The notes under the pieces were generated by a model, which saw only the letters and a list, made by a program, of their open reading frames with translations, was not told the origin of the DNA and searched no databases. Of a DNA stretch of 64,000 bases, positions 10,109-20,600 are shown piece after piece (position 1 is the first letter of the stretch; the number at the start of each line of letters is the position of its first letter). This stretch comes from an uncultured virus (IMG/VR IMGVR_UViG_3300020414_000984) (Duplodnaviria > Heunggongvirae > Uroviricota > Caudoviricetes > Crassvirales), in the IMG/VR virus record IMGVR_UViG_3300020414_000984; one strand, written 5' to 3'. The translations under genes and the position numbers were made by a program.

Positions 10109-13100
10109 ATGCCAGAAATTAAGAATAACTTTATTCAAGGTAAAATGAACAAAGACCTTGATGATAGATTATTGCCTAACGGTCAGTATAGAGATGGTTT
10201 TAACATTAGAATTTCTAAATCAGAAAATTCAGATGTAGGTACTGTGCAAAATATTAAAGGTAATAATTATGCGTCTGGTTCGCCTACATTATCATTACCA
10301 AGAACATATCATCCAAATAATTCAACTGGTGGTGGTGATCCTTTACTAGATACTATAGGTTATTATGCGGATTCATTAGAAGGATATATATTTTGGTTTG
10401 TTACTTCTTTTGCAGGTTCAACAAGTGATGATATATTAAATACAACATATGCAACACCGGTAAGTGTTGCTGGCAGCGATGTAAATCACGATGATGATAG
10501 CGCCCCTAATACAACTATTACAATATCTAATGCAACAAAATATGGTGCCATTTTACCAGGAATGAAGGTAACAGGTACTGGTGTAGTATCAGATACTTTT
10601 GTACAAGCAGTAAGTATTTCAGGTAATACTGCTACGGTTCATTTAAATAAAATACAAAGTGGACAAACAGTTCTTGATGGAGTAGCCCTTACATTTACAC
10701 ATACATGTAGAATATATTACATGAACACTAAGACTAATGTACAACCTACAATATTAATTGATAATCCTAAGCTTAATTTTTCTAAAAATCATCATATACA
10801 TCATGTTAATTTAATTAATAATTTATTATTTTGGACAGATAATTATAATCAACCAAGAAGAATAAATATTGATTTAGCTATAGCAGGGGCTACATATATA
10901 AATAATGAATTTTTTGAAGATAAAATTAGTGTAGCTCAATATATGCCATATTCAGCACCTAAAGTAAAAATGGAAAATATTACAGGGTCCGTTATATTAG
11001 GTAATACTGCACTATCAGTAGTAACAACAAATAGAACAGGCCTTACAAATGGTACTCATTCTGTTACTGTAGGAGAAGATAGTGTTGTAACTAGCGGTGC
11101 AGGTGAAGATTTATCGCTTGATATTACTGTTAGCGGACAAACTGTTACTGGAGTTAAAGTTACATCAGAAGGAACAGGATTTGTTGCTGGTGATACTATA
11201 ACTTTACCGACTTCACTTGATTGGATTCCTATTGGATTAAACAGCGGTAGTGTTATTTTAACATTAAGAGGTTCTGAATTAGTTGAAAATAGCAGACATA
11301 TACAAGATAAATTTGTAAAATTTGGCTATAGATTTCAATATGAAAATAATGAATATTCAATAATTTCACCATTTACTCAAACGTGTTTTATGCCTGGAAA
11401 AGGCAAGGTAATGAATAAGGGTTCTTATTTAGATGGCCAAGCAGGCATGTTGTCAGTAACAGATGCTACAGACGCTTTTAAAAACACAACAGTTGAATCA
11501 ATGCAAAATGCTGTAAATAGAGTGCATTTATTTATTGATTTACCTACAGAAACTACTATTAATAGCATAGCTGCCGCGGATGCCGGTCCATCAGTAGTAA
11601 CACCTAACTCTCATTTAAAAGGACTTTCAAATACAATACATGGTGTACATCAAGATGATGCGACTAATAATCCTATTGCAAATGGAGATAAATTATTAAC
11701 ACAAAGAGGTGATGAATATATAGTTAATTCTTTTACTTCGGCTAACCCAAATTCAACACTAGTAACAACTAAAAGAATTAAACCATCTATTGTAGCTGGC
11801 GAAAGATTATACTTTTTTGATGCCCCTGCTGCATATACAAATCCTTTAAATATTAAGAAAATAGAAATAGTATATGTTGAATCCAACAGTTTAGCTGTAA
11901 AAGTTGTAGAAACAATTAGTTTAAATAATACAACATCATATTCACATAGAGTTGAACCTATAACATCTACAAAGGGTAGATTAATATATGGTTATTCATA
12001 TATATATGATTCTGCAAAACCTATTAAAACATTACCTTCAAAAGAAATTACAAGAGTAATGGATTCTGTGCCAATAAAAGCAAATGCACAAGAAATGTCA
12101 GGTAACAGAATAATATATGGTAATTTTAAACAAAATAGACCATTATCACAAGCAATTACACCAAATTCATTTAGTGTAGATAGTGGTAATCAATCAAATA
12201 TAAATAATTCATATTTATTATCTTCTGTAAAATCTGTTAGAGAATATTCTGTAGGATTAGTTTTATCAGATAGATACGGAAGACAATCTACAGTATTTTT
12301 ACCAAGCGTATCAACAACATTTGTAAGACCACAAGATACTAATTCTTCAGGTACACCAGGAGTTAGCCCAGGAGGAACTTGGAGTTTAGACGATATTTGG
12401 ACGCATGCAGTATTAAAATTACAATTTTCAAGTACAATACAAGACGTTTATAATCACGAAACAAATCCTTTAGGGTGGTATTCATATAAAGTTGTTGTTA
12501 AACAACCAGAACAAGAATATTATAATGTTTATGCTCCAAATTTAATTGATAACATACCATCTTCTAACCCTAAATCATGGCTAGTATTATATGGTGATAA
12601 TATAAATAAAGTTCCTAGAGATGTTACTGATGTAAATATTGAAACCGGTTTAGCTGGCTCTAACGTTGAGCTATTACCTAAAATGCAATTTACAGGAAGC
12701 GCATATACTCATAATCCTAATAATGATTATATAGATGTAATTTCAATTGGAAAAGCAAGTGAACATAATGCTACAGTAAGTAATTTTACAAGCGCAACAG
12801 GTGATCAATTAATACCTGATCTTTATAAATCTATAACAGACCCTTTAGTCGCAGAATTACCAGATGGGTTAGGATTTAACTATTCTGGAGGAGCGGCGGC
12901 TTTTGGACAACTTGTTACATTAGAAACAAAACCAGTTACATCTGCTTTAGATATATATTTTGAATCATCAACTGCAGGTTTAATATCTGATTTAAATGAA
13001 TCTATATTGGGAGCTACAGGCGCATTACCTAGCCAAATAAATATAACATCAGCTACATTTACAGAATTTCAAGGTTCCGGTACAACTATAGGCTCGCTTT

Positions 13101-13915
13101 CAGCAAATGATTCAGCGGGGAATCAATTAAGTAATGAAACTTATGCATTAGTACAGGTTTTTGATGGTGGCGGTAATAATAGAACTAGTGAATTTGTAAT
13201 TACAGGTTCTAATTTAAAAACAGCAACAACATTTACGCATACAAATAGACCATCAGATGATTTTACAGTTACAATACAAGTTACTGATAATTCAGGTAAT
13301 ACATTTAATGAAAATATATCTATAGAACTATTAAATGTAGCTCCAACAATAATGGATGGTACTGGCAGTATGAATCTTGGCGCAAGTACACCAAGTGGTA
13401 CACAAGTAAGAACAATTGTTGCCGTTAATGGTAGTGCTAATAGCGGAAGTAATAATAGTGGGTTATCTTTTTCAATTACTGGTGGGACAGGAACTAATAA
13501 ATTTTCAATAAATTCTTTTACAGGTGTTATAAGCACAACTGCTTCATTAGGCAGCACTGGAACTAGTTATTCATTACAAATTACAGTAGAAGATTCAGGT
13601 GGATTACAAGATGTAGAAACTTTAAACATTACACTTGTAACAGCAACAAGAACTTCTTTTTATAGATCATTTCTTGGAAGGAGTACTGCATCTGCAGCAT
13701 GTCAAGAATCTACATCATCACAAGTTTATCATGATGGAAGTGGTATATTACCAGCTAATGGTGATAAAGTATATACAAGTGCAACTGGAACAACTGTTTT
13801 TAATTCACAAACATTATATCATTCTATGACGCAAGACCCCGCTGGTATAGGAGGACAAAAATCAAGATTTAGAACAAATGCATTAGGGGTCGTCAGTGAT
13901 GTTAGCACATGCTAA
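10109..13915 (+). CDS. Tail stabilisation/muzzle protein, N-terminal part, with C-terminal cadherin-like repeats
   Basis: GKMNKDLDDRLLPNGQYRD N-terminus, LFWTDNYNQPRRIN, GNRIIYGNF, DRYGRQS motifs; two cadherin-like repeats at about 13030-13640. Confidence 0.75.
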   Translation: MPEIKNNFIQGKMNKDLDDRLLPNGQYRDGFNIRISKSENSDVGTVQNIKGNNYASGSPTLSLPRTYHPNNSTGGGDPLLDTIGYYADSLEGYIFWFVTSFAGSTSDDILNTTYATPVSVAGSDVNHDDDSAPNTTITISNATKYGAILPGMKVTGTGVVSDTFVQAVSISGNTATVHLNKIQSGQTVLDGVALTFTHTCRIYYMNTKTNVQPTILIDNPKLNFSKNHHIHHVNLINNLLFWTDNYNQPRRINIDLAIAGATYINNEFFEDKISVAQYMPYSAPKVKMENITGSVILGNTALSVVTTNRTGLTNGTHSVTVGEDSVVTSGAGEDLSLDITVSGQTVTGVKVTSEGTGFVAGDTITLPTSLDWIPIGLNSGSVILTLRGSELVENSRHIQDKFVKFGYRFQYENNEYSIISPFTQTCFMPGKGKVMNKGSYLDGQAGMLSVTDATDAFKNTTVESMQNAVNRVHLFIDLPTETTINSIAAADAGPSVVTPNSHLKGLSNTIHGVHQDDATNNPIANGDKLLTQRGDEYIVNSFTSANPNSTLVTTKRIKPSIVAGERLYFFDAPAAYTNPLNIKKIEIVYVESNSLAVKVVETISLNNTTSYSHRVEPITSTKGRLIYGYSYIYDSAKPIKTLPSKEITRVMDSVPIKANAQEMSGNRIIYGNFKQNRPLSQAITPNSFSVDSGNQSNINNSYLLSSVKSVREYSVGLVLSDRYGRQSTVFLPSVSTTFVRPQDTNSSGTPGVSPGGTWSLDDIWTHAVLKLQFSSTIQDVYNHETNPLGWYSYKVVVKQPEQEYYNVYAPNLIDNIPSSNPKSWLVLYGDNINKVPRDVTDVNIETGLAGSNVELLPKMQFTGSAYTHNPNNDYIDVISIGKASEHNATVSNFTSATGDQLIPDLYKSITDPLVAELPDGLGFNYSGGAAAFGQLVTLETKPVTSALDIYFESSTAGLISDLNESILGATGALPSQINITSATFTEFQGSGTTIGSLSANDSAGNQLSNETYALVQVFDGGGNNRTSEFVITGSNLKTATTFTHTNRPSDDFTVTIQVTDNSGNTFNENISIELLNVAPTIMDGTGSMNLGASTPSGTQVRTIVAVNGSANSGSNNSGLSFSITGGTGTNKFSINSFTGVISTTASLGSTGTSYSLQITVEDSGGLQDVETLNITLVTATRTSFYRSFLGRSTASAACQESTSSQVYHDGSGILPANGDKVYTSATGTTVFNSQTLYHSMTQDPAGIGGQKSRFRTNALGVVSDVSTC

Positions 13916-13927
13916 CTTATTAATAAA

Positions 13928-13936
13928 ACATGTAAT
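13928..13936 (+). promoter_or_regulatory. Putative middle/late promoter (AYANGTRAT)
   Basis: acatGTAAT, then 9 nt, then the ATG at 13946; same spacing at 37316(-) and 44379(+). Confidence 0.55.
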
Positions 13937-13945
13937 AATAATATT

Positions 13946-15163
13946 ATGCCTAATTACGCTTTAGAAGTACAATTTTTTAACACATTTATTCTTAGACCAG
14001 AAGCAAGCAATAGAGTTTATATTGAAGAATCAAGAATAAAAGGCGGATATAATGAAGATTTCGTTAATATTGGACCAAAAGCACACTTAGTTGATGAAAA
14101 TTATTCAGAGACTAGGCGTGATAATGCATTAATATACTCTGGCGTATATAACTCAAGAACAGATGTAAATAAAACAAATGTGTTTAATGCAGCTGAAAAT
14201 ATAACAAGATCAGTAGATCCTGCAAATGGAAGTATAACAAAATTGCATGCAGAAGATACTAATTTAAATATATTACAAGAAGATAAAGTAAGTTATGCTT
14301 TAATTGATAAAGATGCTTTATTTACAGCAGAAGGAGGCCAATTAACGGCTTCAGGAGCAAAAGTTATAGGCCAAGTAGTACCTTATTTAGGTAAATATGG
14401 ATGTCAAAATCCTGAAAGTTTTGCAATAAAAGGTGCGCGTAAATATTTTGCAGATAAATCAAGAGGTGCAATATTAAGATTATCAAGAGATGGTATTACA
14501 GAAATATCAGCAGCAGGGATGCGTGATTATTTTAAAGATAATCTAAAATTAGCTGATAAAGTTGTAGGAGGATATGACGATAGTGCTGATGAATATGTAG
14601 TTTCTTTACAAGGAAGCAATATATCATCTACATATGATACATTAACATATGATGAAACTGTAAAAGGCTGGGTTAGTTTTTATAATTATAAGCCAGATTT
14701 TATGTTTAGCTTAAATAAAGAATTTTATAGCTTATATCATAATAATGTATGGGAACACTATTCTAATAATCATTATAATACATTTTATAAAGAAACTGTT
14801 AGTGCTACGGTAACTTTTATTGCAAATGGAAATCCTAGCGATGTTAAAAACTTTACAGCAATAAACTATGAAGGCTCACCTGGCTGGGAAATGGTAGGAT
14901 CAAATACAGATTATGGCTCATATGCTACAACAGTATTACCTTCAACAAATACAATTTCAGGTGATATAGTTTCAAGATTTACAGATAAAGAAGGAAAATA
15001 CTATTCACAATTAATGAATACAGGTGCTGGTGGACTAGGAATGATAGCGGGTGTTGGTATATCTGGTATAAAAGGTACTACCGCTAATGTAACTATGAAA
15101 CATTCATCTACAAGTGAAGTTGAATTATTTACAGTTTCACATAATATTACAATATCAAGTTAA
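13946..15163 (+). CDS. Tail stabilisation/muzzle protein, C-terminal part (beta-propeller)
   Basis: IEESRIKGGYN, YSGVYNSRT, NPESFA, RGAILRLSRDGITEIS and GWVSF motifs. Confidence 0.75.
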   Translation: MPNYALEVQFFNTFILRPEASNRVYIEESRIKGGYNEDFVNIGPKAHLVDENYSETRRDNALIYSGVYNSRTDVNKTNVFNAAENITRSVDPANGSITKLHAEDTNLNILQEDKVSYALIDKDALFTAEGGQLTASGAKVIGQVVPYLGKYGCQNPESFAIKGARKYFADKSRGAILRLSRDGITEISAAGMRDYFKDNLKLADKVVGGYDDSADEYVVSLQGSNISSTYDTLTYDETVKGWVSFYNYKPDFMFSLNKEFYSLYHNNVWEHYSNNHYNTFYKETVSATVTFIANGNPSDVKNFTAINYEGSPGWEMVGSNTDYGSYATTVLPSTNTISGDIVSRFTDKEGKYYSQLMNTGAGGLGMIAGVGISGIKGTTANVTMKHSSTSEVELFTVSHNITISS

Positions 15164-15562
15164 ATGAAATTAAATATACGCAGACTCGAAGAGTCAGACT
15201 ATGAAACATTAGTTAAATGGTGGAATTGGTGGCCAGGCTGGGAAGCCCCACCTAAAACACTTTTACCAGACACTGGTTTTATAGTAGAAAAAAACAATGT
15301 TGGTATAGTTTCGGCTTATGTTTATATGACGAATTCTAAGACCGCTATTTTTGATTGGGTAGTATCTAACCCAGAGTACAGAGAAAGTGACAGAAAAGAC
15401 GCGATAAGGCTGTTAATTCAAGCCACAGAGACCGTTTTAAAGGATCAAGGAATCAAACATATATTTTCTTTTGTACGTCACAAAAATTTATTAAAAATAC
15501 ACGAAGATTTAGGATGGGATGTTGATAAAAAACCATCACACGAAATAATTAAAAATTTATAG
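15164..15562 (+). CDS. GNAT-fold acetyltransferase-like protein
   Basis: IRRLEESDYETL start and VVSNPEYR...LLIQA...LGW pattern; usual position before podovirus ejection proteins. Confidence 0.65.
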   Translation: MKLNIRRLEESDYETLVKWWNWWPGWEAPPKTLLPDTGFIVEKNNVGIVSAYVYMTNSKTAIFDWVVSNPEYRESDRKDAIRLLIQATETVLKDQGIKHIFSFVRHKNLLKIHEDLGWDVDKKPSHEIIKNL

Positions 15563-15563
15563 C

Positions 15564-16166
15564 ATGGCAGTATTTAGCGCAATAGCAGCCCGAAAGGCTA
15601 GAAAACAGCAACTTGCTGCAAAAGATGATTTAAATGCAGCTTTAGCAAGTAGACAGCAAATTATAAACCCATATCAAAACGTATCAGATTTATCAGGCAT
15701 GTTAAGTAATCCATTTGCAAATCTACAAGTAGCAACTGGTGCGGCGGAAATGCAAGCAGAACAAGCGGATATGTCTTTAGCTAATACATTAGATACCATT
15801 AGAAGCACAGGCGCTGGTGCAGGTGGTGCAACCGCATTAGCACAAGCAGCTTTGGCAAGCAAACAAGGTGTTGCAGCTACAATTGAACAACAAGAGGCGC
15901 AAAACGCAAGATTAAGAGCACAAGGCGAACAACAATTACAACAATTACAATTACAACAAGCGCAAAGAGTTCAAGATGCAGATGTAATGGGTAGGTCGTT
16001 TATGTTCCAAGCACGAGAAGGAAGAGAAGTTGCAGATATAGCTAGATTAGCAGGATTACAACAACAATTTGGACAACAAAGAATGGATGCGTTAGGAGCA
16101 ATGGGATCTAATATTTCGGCCGCGGCTGGACAAATAGGCTCTGCAATGATTGGAGCGGGGGGGTAG
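15564..16166 (+). CDS. Internal virion/ejection protein (possible -1 extension to 16228)
   Basis: A/Q/G-rich helical protein with a GAGAGGATALAQAA motif. Confidence 0.7.
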   Translation: MAVFSAIAARKARKQQLAAKDDLNAALASRQQIINPYQNVSDLSGMLSNPFANLQVATGAAEMQAEQADMSLANTLDTIRSTGAGAGGATALAQAALASKQGVAATIEQQEAQNARLRAQGEQQLQQLQLQQAQRVQDADVMGRSFMFQAREGREVADIARLAGLQQQFGQQRMDALGAMGSNISAAAGQIGSAMIGAGG

Positions 16167-16242
16167 AGGCACGTCAATCGGTAAGTCCAGTTAGTACACT
16201 TACGCCAAGCGGCGTTACAGGATTATAATAAATAATAAAAAT

Positions 16243-17631
16243 ATGAGTTTACCAAAAGTTAGTTACGGAACATATAATTACGGGCAATATGCAAACCCAA
16301 CACCTATAAAATATAAAGGTGGATTAGGAGAGGGTTTAGCTGGTGCAACCGTTCAAATAGGTTCAGCACTTCAAATTAAAAAACAAAAAGAAAAACAAAA
16401 ATTAGACGCGGCAAATACTACATCTGCGATAGCTGAACAAAAATATCAAGCAGCATTAAATGAAAATATAGGTAAAGCCAGGCTACATAACCAAAAATGG
16501 ATTATAGAACAGAAAGAAGGATATGGTAATGCTGTTAGAGATTATAAGTTAGGCGCTATAGATAGAGATACATATCTTGAAAAAATGAATTATTATAATA
16601 CATTATTAGCTAATTTAGGTACTTTTAATGAGCAAGTGTCAACTATTTCTAAAATGAATGATGGGCAGGATATTGATTTATCATTATTAAGAAATAATCC
16701 TCAAGCATATGCAGCAGAAATACAAAGAAGATCACTAAGAGATGGTAATGTATTTTTAGGTACTGATAAAAACGGACAAGTAACTTTAAATGTAGGGACA
16801 TGGTCCGAAAATATAGGTAAAGAAGATGCAAGAATTAATGTTACTTTACAAGGTGTTATTGGCGACCCTAGATTTTACACACCAGAGCTTTCATATAATC
16901 AAGCTTTAAATAAAAACTTTACAACAGAAGTTTTAAGATTAAAAGAATTATCACAAGGTAAAGGATTACATACTGCTATTGTTGAAGATGGTAGAGACAT
17001 AGTAAAATTTGATTCTACCAAACAAAATGAAATAGTAAATTTTGTTACAAAAAATGCAAGATTAGACGGAGTATTGTCTGGAAATGATAGAAGAAAATAT
17101 TTTGAAGATAATATGGGTAATGGATTGGGTTCATGGAAAAATACAGATGAGCAAAATAATTTAGTTAATCAAGCATTAGCAACCAGCATGACTCAAGATC
17201 TAATGTTGCAAACAATAAGTAATACTAAACATTATGATCCTAAAGAAGCAAACGAAACTCGCTCCGCAGAAATTAGAAGATTAGCACTTGCAAATGCAGA
17301 AAAATATAAATCAGGGGCTAAAGCTTTATCGGCATTTATTGCTAAAAATATAACTGAAAAAGATGGTACTAAATTTATGACTACTCAACAAATGCAGTTA
17401 ACAATGCAAGAGGCATTAAAAGCCGGTTTAATTTTTAGTCCAATTGGAGACCCAGAAACAGGTAAATATATAGGCTTTAATGTTGTTCCTCAAAATAAAC
17501 TATTTAATCCTGGTGCTGCACCTTTAATACTGGATGGTTATGATCAAGGTTTTGCAGAAATAACTTTCCAAAATCAAGCGGGTCGTGTAGTTGGTGGTGA
17601 TCCATTAACAAATGATTTAAACCCTGGATAA
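16243..17631 (+). CDS. Internal virion/ejection protein
   Basis: 462 aa, between the small ejection protein and the giant protein. Confidence 0.55.
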   Translation: MSLPKVSYGTYNYGQYANPTPIKYKGGLGEGLAGATVQIGSALQIKKQKEKQKLDAANTTSAIAEQKYQAALNENIGKARLHNQKWIIEQKEGYGNAVRDYKLGAIDRDTYLEKMNYYNTLLANLGTFNEQVSTISKMNDGQDIDLSLLRNNPQAYAAEIQRRSLRDGNVFLGTDKNGQVTLNVGTWSENIGKEDARINVTLQGVIGDPRFYTPELSYNQALNKNFTTEVLRLKELSQGKGLHTAIVEDGRDIVKFDSTKQNEIVNFVTKNARLDGVLSGNDRRKYFEDNMGNGLGSWKNTDEQNNLVNQALATSMTQDLMLQTISNTKHYDPKEANETRSAEIRRLALANAEKYKSGAKALSAFIAKNITEKDGTKFMTTQQMQLTMQEALKAGLIFSPIGDPETGKYIGFNVVPQNKLFNPGAAPLILDGYDQGFAEITFQNQAGRVVGGDPLTNDLNPG

Positions 17632-17663
17632 TAAAAAAACGTTAATTGAAAAATTAAATAATT

Positions 17664-20600
17664 ATGTACGAAATAAACGGTAGAATTTATACTTTACAAC
17701 AGCTTGAACAAGCTGCAGAAAATTATGGAATGGATTTTGATTCTTATTTTGCAAGAATGCAAGAAAAGGGTTTAAAAGAAGCTGAAAATTTTCAACTAGG
17801 CCCTGCAGGTGCGGAGACAAATGTAGGGTCAAAAAACGATACGGTCTCCAAATCGGAAAATTCTTTTTCGGGATTACTAGATAGTATATATGAATCTAAT
17901 ATAGGACAAAATTATATTGCACCTATACTTAAAGGTGTAGCGGCAAGTCCCGGGTCACCTGTAATAGGTATTGCGGGTCAATTTGCTAGTGAAAATATAG
18001 CTAAACCAGTTCTTGAAGAAGTTGGCGAAGGTTTTGTTGGTGTTTACGATGCAGTTACACAACCGGATGAAACCAGTTTAGATGAAGAGAATATTGGCAT
18101 GGGGTATGCTGTTGGAAGAGGGTTAACAGAAGATCCAAAAGGATTTTTTCTTAATGCTCTAGAAGCATTTCCTAAATTTGCAGATACCTCAATAGAAATG
18201 ACCATAGACAATGCTAAAGATTTAGAAGAAACAGCAGGTATTTACGCTTTATCATGGGCATTACAATTTGCAACAGGAAAAGATAAACTATCCGGGCAAG
18301 AAAAAAAAGGATTACAAAAAATAGTACAGGCAGGAATAGAAGCAAAAGACGCAGCATTCGATACTGGTATTGGAAAATTCTTTGAACTTTTATTACCTAA
18401 ACCTGTTCAACTTTTACAAACTTCACGAAAAGAAATAGATAACACTAGAGATTTTCTTCAAAAATATATATCTCAACACGAAACTACTATAACAGAAGAA
18501 ATAGCAAAAGGATTTGACGCTGATTGGGCAACAATCGGAGGTAGAATATTCGCAGACGGTTTTGGAAGCTTGCCATATACTTTAGCGTCAATGAATCCTT
18601 ATACTGCATTAGCAATGGGTGTTGGTTTAGCAGGTGATAAATTCATACAAGAATTTAACGAAGATCCAGATAAAAGTTTATTTAGATTAGGTATAAATGC
18701 GGCAGGCACTGGCGCTATTGAAATAGCTGATGCATATCTTACTAGAAGATTTTTACGAAGCGCCAATGTATTAAAAGGAGGTGGTAAGCAAGCAGAAAAA
18801 GCAGTAAAGGAAATGCAAAAAGGCTTTAAAGAAAAACTTTTAGATGTAATTGGTGTAGGTTTTAAAGAAGGTGGTACTGAAATAGCGCAAGCAGTTGCAA
18901 CTAGAATTAATGATAGAATTACATTTGATGCAAAAATAGAAAATGGTAAAATTACTTTTGGTAAAGGAAGTATATTTGGCGAAGTTGATGAGAACGGAAA
19001 TGTAATTAAAGGTTCTATAATGAAAGATGTGTATAGCATAGTTGATGAAGGTATTATAGGGTTTTTTACAGGAGCAAAAATTACTGGTTATAGTAAAGCT
19101 GTTACAGGTAATCAAATATTAAAAGAAAGAGCTGAAATGCTTCTTATGCCAGCTTCTATTCGAAAAGAACTAAGCGGTTTATATAAAAAACTTATAGAAA
19201 GAGAAGTAAAAATAAAAGAATTACAAGATAAAGGGGCTGATCCTAAAGTAATTGGTGGTTTAAAATCACAACAAAAAAGACTTGGAAAAAAAATAAATGC
19301 ATTAAAAAGTAAAAGTAGATTAGTTCTTGATAATCTTTCGGGAACAGATTTACAAAAATATGCAGCAAATGTAGATACCGTTAATTCACTTAATGAAAAT
19401 AAAGATGATAAATTTATTGCTAAAGAAATAGATGTATTGTTAAAAGAAAATGATGCAATGTTTGATAAAGCATTAAAAGAAAATTACGGCGAAGACATGA
19501 CATTTGCTGAAATTGCAGCCACACAGGTAGGGTTAAATATTACTAAAGCAAAAAATGAAAGCGACTTTAAAAAGAAAGTTAAAAATTTAACTGGCAAAAC
19601 AATTAAAGATGCAAGCGGCATGAATGGTGTTTTCATCGGTAATGGTAAAGTAATTATTAATGAAAAAGTTGCATTAAAACAGGGGGCTGTTGGTGTAGGT
19701 AGTCATGAAATATTACACCCTATATTAAATGCAATGATTGGTGATGCTAAAGCCCAGCAAACTATAGTTGAAGATTTTAAAGATACTTTAACTAGAAGAC
19801 AAAGAAGATGGACAGATAAAGAAATGACCAGGCAGGGTAAGAAAGAGGGTACGTCAGAATATTATACAGAATATATAAATGTATTTTCTGAAGGTATTAG
19901 AAAAAATAGAATAGGATTTGATTTAAATTTTGGCGAGCAAATAAAAGAATGGGTTACAAAATTATTTGTTGGTAAAGGATTTAATAATATTGATTTTAGA
20001 AGCGGTAGAGGTGTATATAACTTTATGAAGGCTTATGCACAGAGTATGAAAGATGGTAAACTTAATGAGCAAGTATTAGGCGCTTTAGATATAAAAGCTG
20101 TTAAAGAAGCAAAAGCAATAGGTGATAATATACAAAAATCTGAAATATCAAATGAGATACAAGAAATATATGATAATAAAGGATTTGATGGTGCTTTTGA
20201 AATAATAGAAAAATATGAGGGTATGGCTAATAAACATGCTCAAAGATTTAGAGATGTACCTGGATTTGCTACAAATTCTGATATATTAGTTGATGAAATA
20301 TTAACAGGTAGAAGAGGTGTTATAGATTTAATTAGAGATTATAATCCTAATTCAGGTGTTCCTTTAGCTGCGTATATAAATAAATTTTTACCTTCAAGAG
20401 TTATAGAAGTAGCAAATAGAGTTTTAGATTCTAATTTTAAAACAGATATTACAGAAGAAAGAGGTATAGCCCAAACAACTGAAGAAGTACAAGAAGATAC
20501 ACAAAGACCAAGCTTAAGATTATCATTAAATTTAACGCAAGATGTTGTTGATAAAGTTGTAGATGCTGTTGTTAAAAGTTTTGGTACAAAATTACCTGCA

